From the NCBI GenBank assembly GCA_000991415.1, contig LBRM01000001.1, positions 5,232 to 51,687 of the forward strand: a stretch of 46,456 nt of DNA. The letters run 5' to 3'. Every line of letters starts with the position of its first letter. Within the stretch, counting starts at the first letter, position 1. The stretch is from Candidatus Nomurabacteria bacterium GW2011_GWA1_36_15. GTDB taxonomy: Bacteria; Patescibacteriota; Minisyncoccia; Phycocordibacterales; UBA9973. The translations under genes and the position numbers were made by a program. Positions 8,586 to 18,564 of this stretch are shown here, piece after piece. The notes under the pieces were generated by a model. It saw nothing but the letters and a program-made list of their open reading frames with translations. It was not told the DNA's origin and ran no database searches.

Positions 8586-9062
8586 TTATGATGTAGGACA
8601 TACTGTATTTGTGCTAAGTGCTGTAGTTACTGATTTAGAAGCACCTGCGCTATCTACACACCAAAAAGTAGTAGCAACAGTTTTAAGAGGCACAGCTACT
8701 GCCCAAGCTGAAGGAGTTCCACCAACATTTCCAACTGCATTATTACCTGATGCAGATGCCGCAGCAGTCATCCCTGACCTAAAGGTAGTATCAGCCATAA
8801 CATTACTTGCACATCCTGTAACTACCCCGGCACTAGTTATACTACAAGCACCTGCTGAGCCATAAGTACCTGCACCTGTGCCATCATAGTATATCTCAGC
8901 TTGAGGACGTAGGTTTGCCAAATTTGCCTTGATGGCAGCATCTGAACCTTTTGACCTAGCACTATTCAATGATGCCAAAACTACTGAAGCTAAAATACCA
9001 ATAATAGCAACCACGACCAAAAGTTCAATCAAAGTAAAACCTTTTTTAAAATTTATTTTCAT
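8586..9062 (-). CDS. pilA: Type IV pilin, likely the major subunit
   Basis: KGFTLIELLVVVAIIGILASVVLASL signal, a Gly/Ala/Thr-rich body and C-terminal WCVDSAGASKS...VCPTS. It has its own promoter and terminator. Confidence 0.85.
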   Translation of the reverse strand: MKINFKKGFTLIELLVVVAIIGILASVVLASLNSARSKGSDAAIKANLANLRPQAEIYYDGTGAGTYGSAGACSITSAGVVTGCASNVMADTTFRSGMTAAASASGNNAVGNVGGTPSAWAVAVPLKTVATTFWCVDSAGASKSVTTALSTNTVCPTS

Positions 9063-9086
9063 AATAATAAATTATTTAATAATAAT

Positions 9087-9156
9087 TTCGCCTTTTCGGC
9101 GAATCAGCCGACGGGGCTGAAATTTCGACTTACTTTTTAATGACCTTATTATAACA
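9087..9156 (-). promoter_or_regulatory. Pilin promoter (extended -10) and 5' UTR with two GC hairpins
   Basis: Minus strand TGTTATAAT (9156-9148). The UTR hairpins are TCAGCC/GGCTGA (9104-9120) and TTCGCC/GGCGAA (9087-9103), directly upstream of the pilin ATG. Confidence 0.5.
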
Positions 9157-9199
9157 TATATATGCAAACATTTATGCAAAAAAGTTATCCACACCTAAA

Positions 9200-10408
9200 T
9201 TACTGTATTCCACCTGCCAGATTATAAATCGGCATCAAAACAGAAACCAAAAGGATGCCAACACCCAAGCCTAAAATCACAATCATAACCGGTTCAATCA
9301 AACCGACTAAAGTATCAATGGCATCATCCACTTCTCTTTTATAAAAATCAGCCAAAGTCTTTAAAATCTGCCCCAAGGAGCCTGTTTCTTCTCCCACTTT
9401 AATCATTTGTATCATGATACCCGGAACTTGGAGCGTGTGTTTTTCAAAAGCAGTGGAAAAAGACAATCCTGATTTTACTCCGTCTGCCACATTTTTTAAA
9501 ATTTCTTTATAAACCCGGCTACCAACAACTTCAGCCGTAATATCTATGGCCCGAACTATAGGAATACCAGAAGTAAGCATTGTATCCATATTGTCCGCTA
9601 TTCTAGAAAGGTAAAGTTTTCTATAAAGATTACCCACAACCGGAATAGAGAGACGCATTTTATCAAGACTTATTTTACCTTTCTCTGTCCTGGAAAGTCT
9701 CCACAACCATATACCTAAAAGTATTAAGAAAATAATAACAAGAAAACCATAGTGTACAAAAAAGGAAGAGAGTCCAATAACTATTTTTGTATATATTGGC
9801 GGTTCTTGCCCTGAATCAAGAATAATAGCTGAAAGTTTTGGAATGACAACGACAAACATAAGTCCCATAACTACAAAAAAAGTGCAAATAACAAATACCG
9901 GATAAATAAGCGCATTCCTTGTTTTGGAAGTAAGTGTATATTGACGATTCAAATAATTTGCCAAATGATCAAAAACTTCATTCAGTTTACCAGTTTCTTC
10001 TCCCACTTTGACCATATTTATATAAAAATCAGAAAAAACATCGGGGTGTTTTGCCAGAGCGCCCGATATAGAATAACCGGCTTGAAGATCGTCACCTATA
10101 TCTGTAAGTTTTCTTGATAAAATTTTATTCTCTGCATTGGCAGCCAACATAGTAAAAACTTTCAGGGCAGAAACTTGCGCTTCAAATAAAGTTGAAATTT
10201 GACGAGAAAGAATGACTATATCTTTCATTGATACTTTTCCCAAAAAAGAAAAGAACAGGAAAGATTTACTTTTTGATTCGTCAGCAATGGAAATAATAAT
10301 GAGTCCCCTTCTTTGGAGACCACTTACAGCCATATCGCGATTCGGCGCGTCAATTTCTCCTTCTTTGCTTATTCCTTTGTCGTCTACTACTTTATATTTG
10401 AATAACAT
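9200..10408 (-). CDS. pilC: Type IV pilus platform protein (GspF/PilC family)
   Basis: 402 aa with duplicated T2SS-F domains (MVKVGEETGKL / MIKVGEETGSL) and three TM segments. Confidence 0.9.
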   Translation of the reverse strand: MLFKYKVVDDKGISKEGEIDAPNRDMAVSGLQRRGLIIISIADESKSKSFLFFSFLGKVSMKDIVILSRQISTLFEAQVSALKVFTMLAANAENKILSRKLTDIGDDLQAGYSISGALAKHPDVFSDFYINMVKVGEETGKLNEVFDHLANYLNRQYTLTSKTRNALIYPVFVICTFFVVMGLMFVVVIPKLSAIILDSGQEPPIYTKIVIGLSSFFVHYGFLVIIFLILLGIWLWRLSRTEKGKISLDKMRLSIPVVGNLYRKLYLSRIADNMDTMLTSGIPIVRAIDITAEVVGSRVYKEILKNVADGVKSGLSFSTAFEKHTLQVPGIMIQMIKVGEETGSLGQILKTLADFYKREVDDAIDTLVGLIEPVMIVILGLGVGILLVSVLMPIYNLAGGIQ

Positions 10409-10414
10409 AAATTA

Positions 10415-11473
10415 TTAAAGAGTTCTTTCAAGACCTTTGGGATTGAGCGAAAATTGAAAAGCATTTTCTATAGTGATTTCTCCCGCACGAACAAGCTCCA
10501 AAAGCGAATGATTTAAATCTATCATTCCAGATTTCATTCCTGTTTCTATTACCACATCTATTTCTTGGGTGCGTTTTTCACGAATCAAATTAGAAACAGC
10601 GTCATTATTTAATAACAATTCATAAGCAGGAATAAGCCCGCCGGTAATTCTGGGTATAAGTCTTTGAGAAAAAATACCGAGCAAACTGGAAGCAAGCTCT
10701 ATGCGAATCTGATCTTGCTGGTCACCCGGGAAAGAATCAATAATTCTGTCTATTGTTTGTGAAGCATTATTGGTATGCAGGGTTGAAAGCACAAGATGTC
10801 CTGTTTCAGCAGCAGTTACAGCAGTTGAAATCGTTTCGGGATTGCGCATTTCACCCACCATTATCACATTTACATCTTCACGGAAGGCCGATTTGAGAGC
10901 AGTATGAAAATCTTTAGTATCAATACCAACTTCACGTTGATTAATCATGGCTTTATTGGGAGTATAAATATATTCAATTGGATCTTCAATGGTTACAATA
11001 TGGCGTGCCTGTTCGTTGTTGATTAAATTAATCATGGCTGACAAGGTGGTTGACTTGCCTTGCCCCACAGGACCAACTACTAAAAAGAATCCCTGTTTTT
11101 TACGGGCTAGTTCCGCAATGATGGGGGGCAGATGAAGTTCTGCAATAGATTTGACTTTTGGTATTAATCGAAAAGCAACACTAATTAAACCTTTTTGAAA
11201 AAAAGCATTGCCACGAAGGCGCGCTTCTCCGCGAAAATCGTAAGAAAAATCTATTTCTTGGCTCTCCAAAAATTTATTTAATTTTGTTTTATCCAAAACT
11301 TCATTTAAAATACCAATTACATCTTCTTTGGTTAAAATTGGATGTTTCAGGAGAAAAATAAGTTCTCCCGTCACGCGGATAGCGGGAACTTTTCCGACTC
11401 CCAAATGCAAATCCGAACCGCCTTCATGAATAACAGTCAAAATAAGTTCTTCAAGTTCTTTTTTATAATCCAT
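10415..11473 (-). CDS. pilT: Twitching-motility retraction ATPase
   Basis: 352 aa with Walker A GPVGQGKSTT, Asp box, Walker B VIMVGEMR, His box LVLSTLHTN and a PilT-type C-terminus. Confidence 0.85.
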   Translation of the reverse strand: MDYKKELEELILTVIHEGGSDLHLGVGKVPAIRVTGELIFLLKHPILTKEDVIGILNEVLDKTKLNKFLESQEIDFSYDFRGEARLRGNAFFQKGLISVAFRLIPKVKSIAELHLPPIIAELARKKQGFFLVVGPVGQGKSTTLSAMINLINNEQARHIVTIEDPIEYIYTPNKAMINQREVGIDTKDFHTALKSAFREDVNVIMVGEMRNPETISTAVTAAETGHLVLSTLHTNNASQTIDRIIDSFPGDQQDQIRIELASSLLGIFSQRLIPRITGGLIPAYELLLNNDAVSNLIREKRTQEIDVVIETGMKSGMIDLNHSLLELVRAGEITIENAFQFSLNPKGLERTL

Positions 11474-11499
11474 AAATTTATGTGGCGTTAAGCTCGTAG

Positions 11500-11901
11500 T
11501 TATTTTTTAACAGCGACTTTTTTTGATAAAATTTCTACCACTTGGCTAATCACTTCTGCAGGAGTAGAACTTGCTTTTACTATATAGCCTGATGCTCCTA
11601 AATTATTACCTCGATCAATATCAGACTGCTGACTTTTGTTAGTTAAAATTATTTTCGTAGAACTAGGAGATAAATTATCTTTATTTATTTTTTCCAACAT
11701 TTCAAAACCGTCCATATCGGGCATAATTATATCCATTAAAATAATATCGGGGTTCAGTTTGTCTTTAAGTTTTTCAATAACTTGCAAACCGCCTGAAGCC
11801 GTATAAACTTCAAAATTGTGTTGGCTGAATTTAAACGCGTACATATCCAGAAGAAATGTGTCATCATCCACTATTAAAATTTTTCTTTTATCTCCTTCCA
11901 T
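11500..11901 (-). CDS. Single-domain response regulator (CheY/PilH-like receiver)
   Basis: ILIVDDD...DIILMDIIMPDMDGFE...K receiver signature. There is no output domain. Confidence 0.85.
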   Translation of the reverse strand: MEGDKRKILIVDDDTFLLDMYAFKFSQHNFEVYTASGGLQVIEKLKDKLNPDIILMDIIMPDMDGFEMLEKINKDNLSPSSTKIILTNKSQQSDIDRGNNLGASGYIVKASSTPAEVISQVVEILSKKVAVKK

Positions 11902-11988
11902 ATATTTATTTTTTCTTTTATTTAATTATATTACAAAATAACTCTTAATAATAGTACCTTGTGGACAACTTGTTTGAGTCTGAACGAC

Positions 11989-13740
11989 TTACTCATTCTC
12001 GTTAGAAAAATTGAAAACTTCCCTATATGGAATAATACCATCTAAAGCTTTTAACATGGCATCTTCTCTCATCATCAGCATTCCGCTATTGCGGGCCACT
12101 TTGTAAATTTCAGAATCAATGGGGTTCTTTAATATTGTTTTTTGCATTTCTTTGTCTACTTTAAACATTTCAAAAATAGCAATGCGACCACGAGTGCCAG
12201 AAGGACATTCGGGAGATGATACTGTATCATACATTTCATTTTTAATTTCAATTTCTTTTCTGAATTCAGCCGGCAGATCTTTTATTTCATTCTCAATTTG
12301 TAATTTAATACTTGGATCTATAGGCACAAGTTTCCTGGAGGCCGGAAAGGTCATTCTGGCTAAGCGTTGAGCAACAGATAAAATAAGAGTCGGAGCTATA
12401 AGATAAGGATCAACTCCCATATCAACCAAACGAGGAACTGCTCCGATAGCATTATTTGTGTGAAGAGTTGATAAAACAAGATGTCCTGTTAAAGCTGCTT
12501 GAACAGCCAATTGAGCTGTTTCTTTATCGCGTATTTCTCCAACCATTATTACATCCGGGTCTTGACGAAGGATAGAACGCAAGCCCGAAGCAAAGGTATA
12601 TCCAATTTCAGGCATCATTTGAGATTGATTGATATCAGGCATATGATATTCTACTGGATCTTCTAAAGATACAATATTGCTTTTTTCTTTATCAAGTTCA
12701 TTCATCATTGAATATAGAGTGGTAGATTTTCCAGAACCTGTCGGACCAGTAATTAAAATCAGTCCATACGGTTTAGTTATTGCTTCTCGGAGCATTTCAA
12801 GATTTCTTTTGGATAATCCTAGTTGATCCAGTGGTTTAACTCCTTTTTCTGCATCCAAAATACGTATTTCTACTTTTTCTCCATAATAAGCGGGCATAGT
12901 AGAAACACGAAAATCAATTTTACGTCCATCAAGATTAGTGCTAAAAGACCCATCTTGGGGTTTTCTTTTTTCATCTAAACGCAATTTGGCTAAAATTTTT
13001 ATACGTGCCACTATTCCATTATAAACATTGGGCGGTAATACTATGGTCGTATGCAGAGAACCGTCTACTCGAAAACGCACTTTTATTTTTTCTCCCGTAT
13101 TTTCTATGTGGATATCAGAAGCATTACCTTCTATAGCGTTACGCAAAATAACAGCCACAATTTTTATGACTGGAGCATCCTCTACTATTTTTACTTCTTC
13201 ATTTGATTTTACTTCTTTAATTTCTTTATTTAAATTTTTTGATTCATTTAAACTTTTTGCGTTGGCTACTTCCTCTTGATTCAGTTCATCAAGGGCTTCT
13301 TCTACCTGCACTGATATACCCTTGTAAGTTTCCATTATGCTTTTATAATCGCTGACAGAAATGAGAAAAATTTTGAAAGGAATACCTAGTTTAGTTGAGA
13401 TAAATTGCAGAGCATCAATTGCTTGCGTATTTCCCCCATCTGTAATACCAACTTCCAATACTCCATCTTTAAATTCAATCGGGGCAAAACGATAATTAGT
13501 TGCTGCATCTTCTGGAATATATTTTAAGGCATCAAAAGTCATGTCTTGGGTATTTATTTTTTTTGTCGGCATCTGCAAATACTCGCCTTTTATTGCCAGA
13601 ATTTTTTCTTCTGAAATACCAAATTCAACTAAAGCCTCGTCAAGGTTACCATCGTGCTTTTCTTTAGCAAGATTTTTTATTTCGTCTATTTGGCTTTTTC
13701 CGATTACGCCCTTTTTAGCTAATTCTTCTAAAAAACTCAT
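11989..13740 (-). CDS. pilB: Type IV pilus assembly ATPase (GspE/PilB family)
   Basis: GspE N-terminal domain, Walker A TGPTGSGKSTT, VIMVGEIRD, LVLSTLHTN and a Cys-containing C-terminal region. Confidence 0.9.
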   Translation of the reverse strand: MSFLEELAKKGVIGKSQIDEIKNLAKEKHDGNLDEALVEFGISEEKILAIKGEYLQMPTKKINTQDMTFDALKYIPEDAATNYRFAPIEFKDGVLEVGITDGGNTQAIDALQFISTKLGIPFKIFLISVSDYKSIMETYKGISVQVEEALDELNQEEVANAKSLNESKNLNKEIKEVKSNEEVKIVEDAPVIKIVAVILRNAIEGNASDIHIENTGEKIKVRFRVDGSLHTTIVLPPNVYNGIVARIKILAKLRLDEKRKPQDGSFSTNLDGRKIDFRVSTMPAYYGEKVEIRILDAEKGVKPLDQLGLSKRNLEMLREAITKPYGLILITGPTGSGKSTTLYSMMNELDKEKSNIVSLEDPVEYHMPDINQSQMMPEIGYTFASGLRSILRQDPDVIMVGEIRDKETAQLAVQAALTGHLVLSTLHTNNAIGAVPRLVDMGVDPYLIAPTLILSVAQRLARMTFPASRKLVPIDPSIKLQIENEIKDLPAEFRKEIEIKNEMYDTVSSPECPSGTRGRIAIFEMFKVDKEMQKTILKNPIDSEIYKVARNSGMLMMREDAMLKALDGIIPYREVFNFSNENE

Positions 13741-13742
13741 AG

Positions 13743-14141
13743 TTAATTTGGTTTATTCTCTTCACTTGGAGGAGTCGGGGGTGCTGGAGGCGGAGGTGTT
13801 ATGGCTGCCTCATAGCCAATTGGGGCAAATGGATTCAGTCTTCCTTGATCTCCTGGAGAAGGAGAGGTAAGTAAAATACTAGAGTCATGTAACTGAACAA
13901 AAGCTCCATCGGAAAAAATAGTATCATTCAATTTTATGCTCTTGACACTTAATAGCACAGAAAGAAAATCTCTAGCTATTAAAGAGTTTTGCTGTAAGGT
14001 ATTCGTATCTGATGACGCTGTATTAGAAGAAGAAATAAAATTTTCTTCTTCTGGAGCCTTCTTAATAAAAAAAATGTAAATTAAAATTAAAGAAGCTGCA
14101 ATTATTGTAAATATTATTATGTTTTTTATTTTTGAAGCCAT
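13743..14141 (-). CDS. Small membrane-anchored pilus-cluster protein, possibly PilP-like
   Basis: N-terminal TM helix, an RLNPF motif and a Pro-rich tail (PPPPAPPTPP). Its position is immediately after pilO. Confidence 0.4.
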   Translation of the reverse strand: MASKIKNIIIFTIIAASLILIYIFFIKKAPEEENFISSSNTASSDTNTLQQNSLIARDFLSVLLSVKSIKLNDTIFSDGAFVQLHDSSILLTSPSPGDQGRLNPFAPIGYEAAITPPPPAPPTPPSEENKPN

Positions 14142-14142
14142 T

Positions 14143-14751
14143 TTAATTTTTTAGCCAATAAGTTTTAATTTTAAAATTGTATTTATAAGCCTCTGGCAAT
14201 TGCGGATTAAGTCCTATATTCGCATTTGAAGAAAATTGAATTGAAGACATGTCCACTACCCTAAGATTGTTTTCTAAATCTTTCACAAAGTTAATAAAAT
14301 TATTATAGGTCCCTTGAGTAGAAAATTCCAAATCCCAAACTCCATAATCCTTGCGTGAAAAATCTTCTCCTGTCTGGATGGCCCCTCCTGCTCCTGCTGT
14401 TTGCGATATGACATTATCTTTATTTGTTGCATCATACTTTACATCTTTAAGCACCATACCGTAAGGTGATGCTATCTTTTCTATTTCCAGAATCAAGCGG
14501 ATATTATCGACGCTGTCAGGTAAAAGTTTTTGAAGTCTGGATAAGTCTTCTGGATTAAATGAATTATATTTTTGGGTTAATTTATCTCGTTCGGCTTCAA
14601 GAGCCTTAGAATTATCAAGAGCTTCATTATAAGATGTTATCCTTTCTCTTTCTAGAGAGATATTTTTATAAAGCGGATTGGTAAACGTAAAAAACCCTGT
14701 TAAGGCAATTCCTATTAAAATGATTGGTAAAATAAATCTAAACATAATCAA
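14143..14751 (-). CDS. pilO: PilO-like pilus alignment protein
   Basis: A single N-terminal TM, a coiled-coil then an alpha/beta domain, about 200 aa, in M-N-O gene order. Confidence 0.6.
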   Translation of the reverse strand: MIMFRFILPIILIGIALTGFFTFTNPLYKNISLERERITSYNEALDNSKALEAERDKLTQKYNSFNPEDLSRLQKLLPDSVDNIRLILEIEKIASPYGMVLKDVKYDATNKDNVISQTAGAGGAIQTGEDFSRKDYGVWDLEFSTQGTYNNFINFVKDLENNLRVVDMSSIQFSSNANIGLNPQLPEAYKYNFKIKTYWLKN

Positions 14752-15386
14752 TTGAATGTCTCTTCACTATCCTGAAGCATGCCGGTATCTTTGTTCGTAG
14801 TTTCGAGCATTTTTTTATAATCAACAAAAGTCGGATCGACCGAAAATTCCAAATCAAAAAGAACATTGCCTTTATCATCAAGTAAAAGGTTGGAAAAAAC
14901 AGGGTCAATCAAATATTTGTTTTTTGCGAAAAGATCCGATTGAAAGGCAACAGATCGATAACCTACTGCAACTCCATTCATTTTTACCTTTATTTTTGCA
15001 TTTTTACTATCATCAAAATCGTAACTGAATTTAGTATAACTGACAGTCTTCAAAGTAATCGACTGAAGCGCTTCAAAAATGGGAGAAATAGCGATGTGTT
15101 TAGACAGTATTTCACTTGAAGCTCGCAAACGTTTATCCAGGACTTGCAGTTGAATTATTTTTGAAGGTTCAAAACGATTTTTGGCTAGATTTAAATCATT
15201 TTCCATTTTGGTAATATTTTTTGCCAAAACTTTATCATAAAAATAAAGAGCGCCAGTTGCTATAATTACAGTAAAAAAGATAACAACAGAAACAACGGTC
15301 AAAAAACTAATGGGCCGAGAAGCAACTGTCCGCTCCTCAATCATTGGTTTTTTAGGTATAAAAGATGTTTGAAAATTTTGCTCCAT
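14748..15386 (-). CDS. pilN: PilN-like pilus alignment protein
   Basis: A short cytoplasmic N-terminus followed by a TM. It overlaps pilO by 4 nt and follows pilM. Confidence 0.6.
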   Translation of the reverse strand: MEQNFQTSFIPKKPMIEERTVASRPISFLTVVSVVIFFTVIIATGALYFYDKVLAKNITKMENDLNLAKNRFEPSKIIQLQVLDKRLRASSEILSKHIAISPIFEALQSITLKTVSYTKFSYDFDDSKNAKIKVKMNGVAVGYRSVAFQSDLFAKNKYLIDPVFSNLLLDDKGNVLFDLEFSVDPTFVDYKKMLETTNKDTGMLQDSEETFN

Positions 15387-15408
15387 TTTACTTATTATAT
15401 TATCTCAC

Positions 15409-16536
15409 TTATTGCAACTTTCGCAAGGCTAAACCTAAGGCAACTGCAAACTCAGGACCGGTAGTTTCCAAAACTTTTCCTAAAAATTCCGGTGCGCCTA
15501 CTTTAGAAAAAGGATGTCCTATTTCTATTTCCGCTCGAAAATTATTTGATGCCACCTCCTTTAATCCTTTTAAAAGAGCTCCGCCGCCTGTGAATATTAC
15601 TTTGCTAATAGTTCTGTTATATTTTTTCTCATATCCTAATAATACATTATCCGTTTCTGAAAAGATATAATCAATATGGATTTTAATGATGTCCGCCAGC
15701 CTTTTTTCGGCTGGATTTTCAAAAAGACCAAACTCTTTTTTCATTTCTTCGGCTTTAGGAAAGGAAATATCTAAAGATTTAGAAATGGAAGAAGATATAT
15801 CAGCCCCTCCGCGATTTATAGTATGGTGATTTTTAACCATGCCAAATTCTACCAGAGAAAGCTTGGTACTTGAGGCGCCAAAATCCATTAAAAGCACCAA
15901 GGAAAGTTCGTGCTCAAAATTTGCCCGGATGGAAGAAAAAATCTCAATCTCAAAAAAACCGGCTTCCAAGCTGCATTGAGAAACGATAGAACGATATTTT
16001 GAAACTGCATCATTTTGAATCGCCACCACAAGTACCTCTGTTTTTTCTGGTAAAACAGGAGGCAAATCCGGATTATTTACTTCTTCAAAAGAAGATTCTT
16101 TTTGGGGCAATATAAAATAATCGAGAGAAACTTCCGTAATAGGCAATGGAATATATTTGCGAGCTTCTGTTGGAACAATTGATGATATTTCACTTTCTTT
16201 AACCTGAGTTGGAAGTGAAATGGTAAAAACTAAACTGGACTGCACCGGGATAGAAAAAGCCGAAGAAGTGGTAGTTACACCGGATTGTTTTAAAACCTCT
16301 TTTAAGGCTTCCACCACCTTCTCAAGCGGAAGATTGGTAATACGCCCTATATCAGTGTCAGCATAAGAACCAAGCGCTATGGCGCCGTAAGTTTCAAGTA
16401 CCGCCTTGCCTTTCCTTTTTTTTATTTCAACCACTTTGATAGCAGAAGAACCAATGTCAATGCCAACAGCATTATCACCATCACCGCCTTTCAAAAAATT
16501 AAAACTCGAAAAAAAGTTTTTCACCGGGTTATCCAT
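15409..16536 (-). CDS. pilM: Actin-like ATPase PilM
   Basis: GIDIGSSAIKVVEI phosphate-1 motif, DFGASSTKL and FTGGGALLKGL, which are actin/HSP70-fold signatures. Confidence 0.85.
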   Translation of the reverse strand: MDNPVKNFFSSFNFLKGGDGDNAVGIDIGSSAIKVVEIKKRKGKAVLETYGAIALGSYADTDIGRITNLPLEKVVEALKEVLKQSGVTTTSSAFSIPVQSSLVFTISLPTQVKESEISSIVPTEARKYIPLPITEVSLDYFILPQKESSFEEVNNPDLPPVLPEKTEVLVVAIQNDAVSKYRSIVSQCSLEAGFFEIEIFSSIRANFEHELSLVLLMDFGASSTKLSLVEFGMVKNHHTINRGGADISSSISKSLDISFPKAEEMKKEFGLFENPAEKRLADIIKIHIDYIFSETDNVLLGYEKKYNRTISKVIFTGGGALLKGLKEVASNNFRAEIEIGHPFSKVGAPEFLGKVLETTGPEFAVALGLALRKLQ

Positions 16537-16618
16537 TTCCTTAAATTATGTTTATAATTATACCATATACGCGCCCCGTTAAAAATTCACTAACAGGGGA
16601 TAATTATAAAATATTAAA

Positions 16619-17326
16619 ATGCTTAAAATTTTTAATGGGGTGAATTTTTTAGATACTATATTAAACGTGATTTTCCCTGTGCACTGTGTCTTATGCGGAA
16701 AAGAGGGTTCAGATCTATGCCTAAAGTGTCTTTCAGACTCTCCCCCCGCATTGCGAGAAAGCGCTGATTGGATATTTCCTTTATTTGACTATCGTCATCC
16801 ACCTATCAAAAAGTCCCTGTGGTTTTTAAAATATAAAAATAAAAAAAGACTGGCCGGTATTTTTGCCGAAGTGATGTACGGCAAAATTATAGAAGAGCTT
16901 TCTGAGTTGAGCGTAATGAAAAATTTTCAAAATCCGGTTTTAATCCCTATTCCTCTCTCATTAAAAAGATACCGGGAACGCGGTTATAATCAAGCAGAAC
17001 TAATTTGTGAAGAATTAGTAAAACTGGATTCAAATAGCAATCTATGCCATGGCGTAGATGTAAAAACAAAAAGAAATTTCTATTTAGAAAAAAATGTTTT
17101 AATAAAAATAAAAGAAACCGAACATCAAGTGAACATCAAAGACCGCAGAGATAGATTGAAAAACCTTTCCGATTCTTTCTCTGTAAAAAATCCGGAAATA
17201 ATAAAAGATAAAAATATAATTTTAATAGACGACGTTCTGACTACCGGAGCAACTTTGACCGAAGCCAAAAAAATCTTAAAATCCTTCGGAGCTAAAAAGG
17301 TAATTGCTTTTACTGTGGCGCATTAG
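16619..17326 (+). CDS. comFC: ComF-family phosphoribosyltransferase-domain protein
   Basis: N-terminal CxxC..CxxC zinc motif (CVLCGKEGSDLCLKC) and a C-terminal PRTase loop ILIDDVLTTGATL. Confidence 0.85.
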   Translation: MLKIFNGVNFLDTILNVIFPVHCVLCGKEGSDLCLKCLSDSPPALRESADWIFPLFDYRHPPIKKSLWFLKYKNKKRLAGIFAEVMYGKIIEELSELSVMKNFQNPVLIPIPLSLKRYRERGYNQAELICEELVKLDSNSNLCHGVDVKTKRNFYLEKNVLIKIKETEHQVNIKDRRDRLKNLSDSFSVKNPEIIKDKNIILIDDVLTTGATLTEAKKILKSFGAKKVIAFTVAH

Positions 17327-17354
17327 AATTCTATTTTTGATATAATAAAAAAAT

Positions 17355-18542
17355 ATGAAATATTGCAAAGATTGCGAACCGGCGCAGGAGATACATTGGG
17401 TGGCTTATTTATCGGTTGTTTTGGGATATTTGGGACAACCATTTTTTGATTTTATGGAGATGCTCTTTAAAAGTACAGCTGAAGCTATATCATATAGTGC
17501 TTCTATCCCCTTTTTAAAACTGATGGTTTTTTTAGGCTTCGGACATTTTTCCAAGCATTCTGACAGCAAAGACACTTTGCGCACAAAATGTTTCTGGGAA
17601 GAAGCAGAAAGACGCGGAATAAAAATGGTTGAGTTTCATATGGGTTTGATCCGAGACGCTTTTATCGCAGAATACAAAGGAAAAACTATCACTTTCGATG
17701 GTTTGCCTCGCCCGGAATCATTAGAGTCTGATTCGTTGAAATGGATGGATAACAAAGGAATAATGAAAATAAAATTCGAAAAAGAAGGTCTGCCTGTAGC
17801 TAAGGGCGGAGTAGCTTTTACAAAAAGAAAAGCATTAAAAATATTCAATGAAATAGCAAAACCAGTTATTACTAAGCCAAATTTAGGTTCGCGTTCTCGT
17901 CATACTCTTATACACGTGGACACTCCTGAAAAACTCATTTATGGATTTAAAAAAGCAAAAAAACTTTCTCCCCTGGTAATAATAGAAGAAGAATTACGAG
18001 GATATCTTTTCAGAGCAACACTGGTCGGTGGAAAGTTGGTGGGCGTTGTCAGACGCGATCAGCCGGAAGTCGTCGGAGATGGAATCCACACATTAGAAGA
18101 ATTAATGAACAAAGAAAATGAGAGATTGGAACGAAAGGGTCCAATTTTTCACAAAATTGTCGTTGATCCGGATGCGGAAATAGAATTAAAACGTGAAGGA
18201 ATCGGAATGAAAGATATTCCAAAGAAAGATAGAGTAATTACATTTTCTCAAAAAACTAGCCGAGGGATTGGAGGCACTACCACGGAAGTAACAGACATGA
18301 TCCATCCGGAAAATGTAAAAATGTTGGAGAAACTTGGCGCTTATTTGAAAGACCCGCTGGTTGGCGTGGACCTTATAATAGAAAAAATAGAAGAACCATG
18401 GTTCAGCGAACAACATTGCGGAATAATTGAATGCAACAGTTTGCCTTTTATAGATTTACATCATTATCCCCTATTCGGAAAACCAAACAATGTCGCCGGA
18501 AAACTTTGGAATTTAGTAATGCCTGAAACAAAAATAGATTAA
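17355..18542 (+). CDS. ATP-grasp domain protein (resembles the cyanophycin synthetase N-terminal region)
   Basis: The KPNLGSRSRH...EEELRGYLFRATLVGGKLVGVVRR...GIGGTTTEVT pattern is typical of ATP-grasp ligases. The substrate is unknown. Confidence 0.55.
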   Translation: MKYCKDCEPAQEIHWVAYLSVVLGYLGQPFFDFMEMLFKSTAEAISYSASIPFLKLMVFLGFGHFSKHSDSKDTLRTKCFWEEAERRGIKMVEFHMGLIRDAFIAEYKGKTITFDGLPRPESLESDSLKWMDNKGIMKIKFEKEGLPVAKGGVAFTKRKALKIFNEIAKPVITKPNLGSRSRHTLIHVDTPEKLIYGFKKAKKLSPLVIIEEELRGYLFRATLVGGKLVGVVRRDQPEVVGDGIHTLEELMNKENERLERKGPIFHKIVVDPDAEIELKREGIGMKDIPKKDRVITFSQKTSRGIGGTTTEVTDMIHPENVKMLEKLGAYLKDPLVGVDLIIEKIEEPWFSEQHCGIIECNSLPFIDLHHYPLFGKPNNVAGKLWNLVMPETKID

Positions 18543-18564
18543 TAAAAACATCATGTTTGATTTT

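Noticed and set aside
8551-8865. A 104-aa plus-strand ORF antisense to the major pilin
   Set aside because: It is a GC-rich Ala/Thr-coding region that is open on both strands, and the pilin frame has the diagnostic prepilin signal.
13429-13441. A 13-nt identity (ATTTCCCCCATCT) to the tmRNA 3' end, considered as a candidate att duplicate
   Set aside because: It lies inside the well-conserved pilB coding sequence, 18 kb from ssrA, with no adjacent mobile genes. It is most likely chance.
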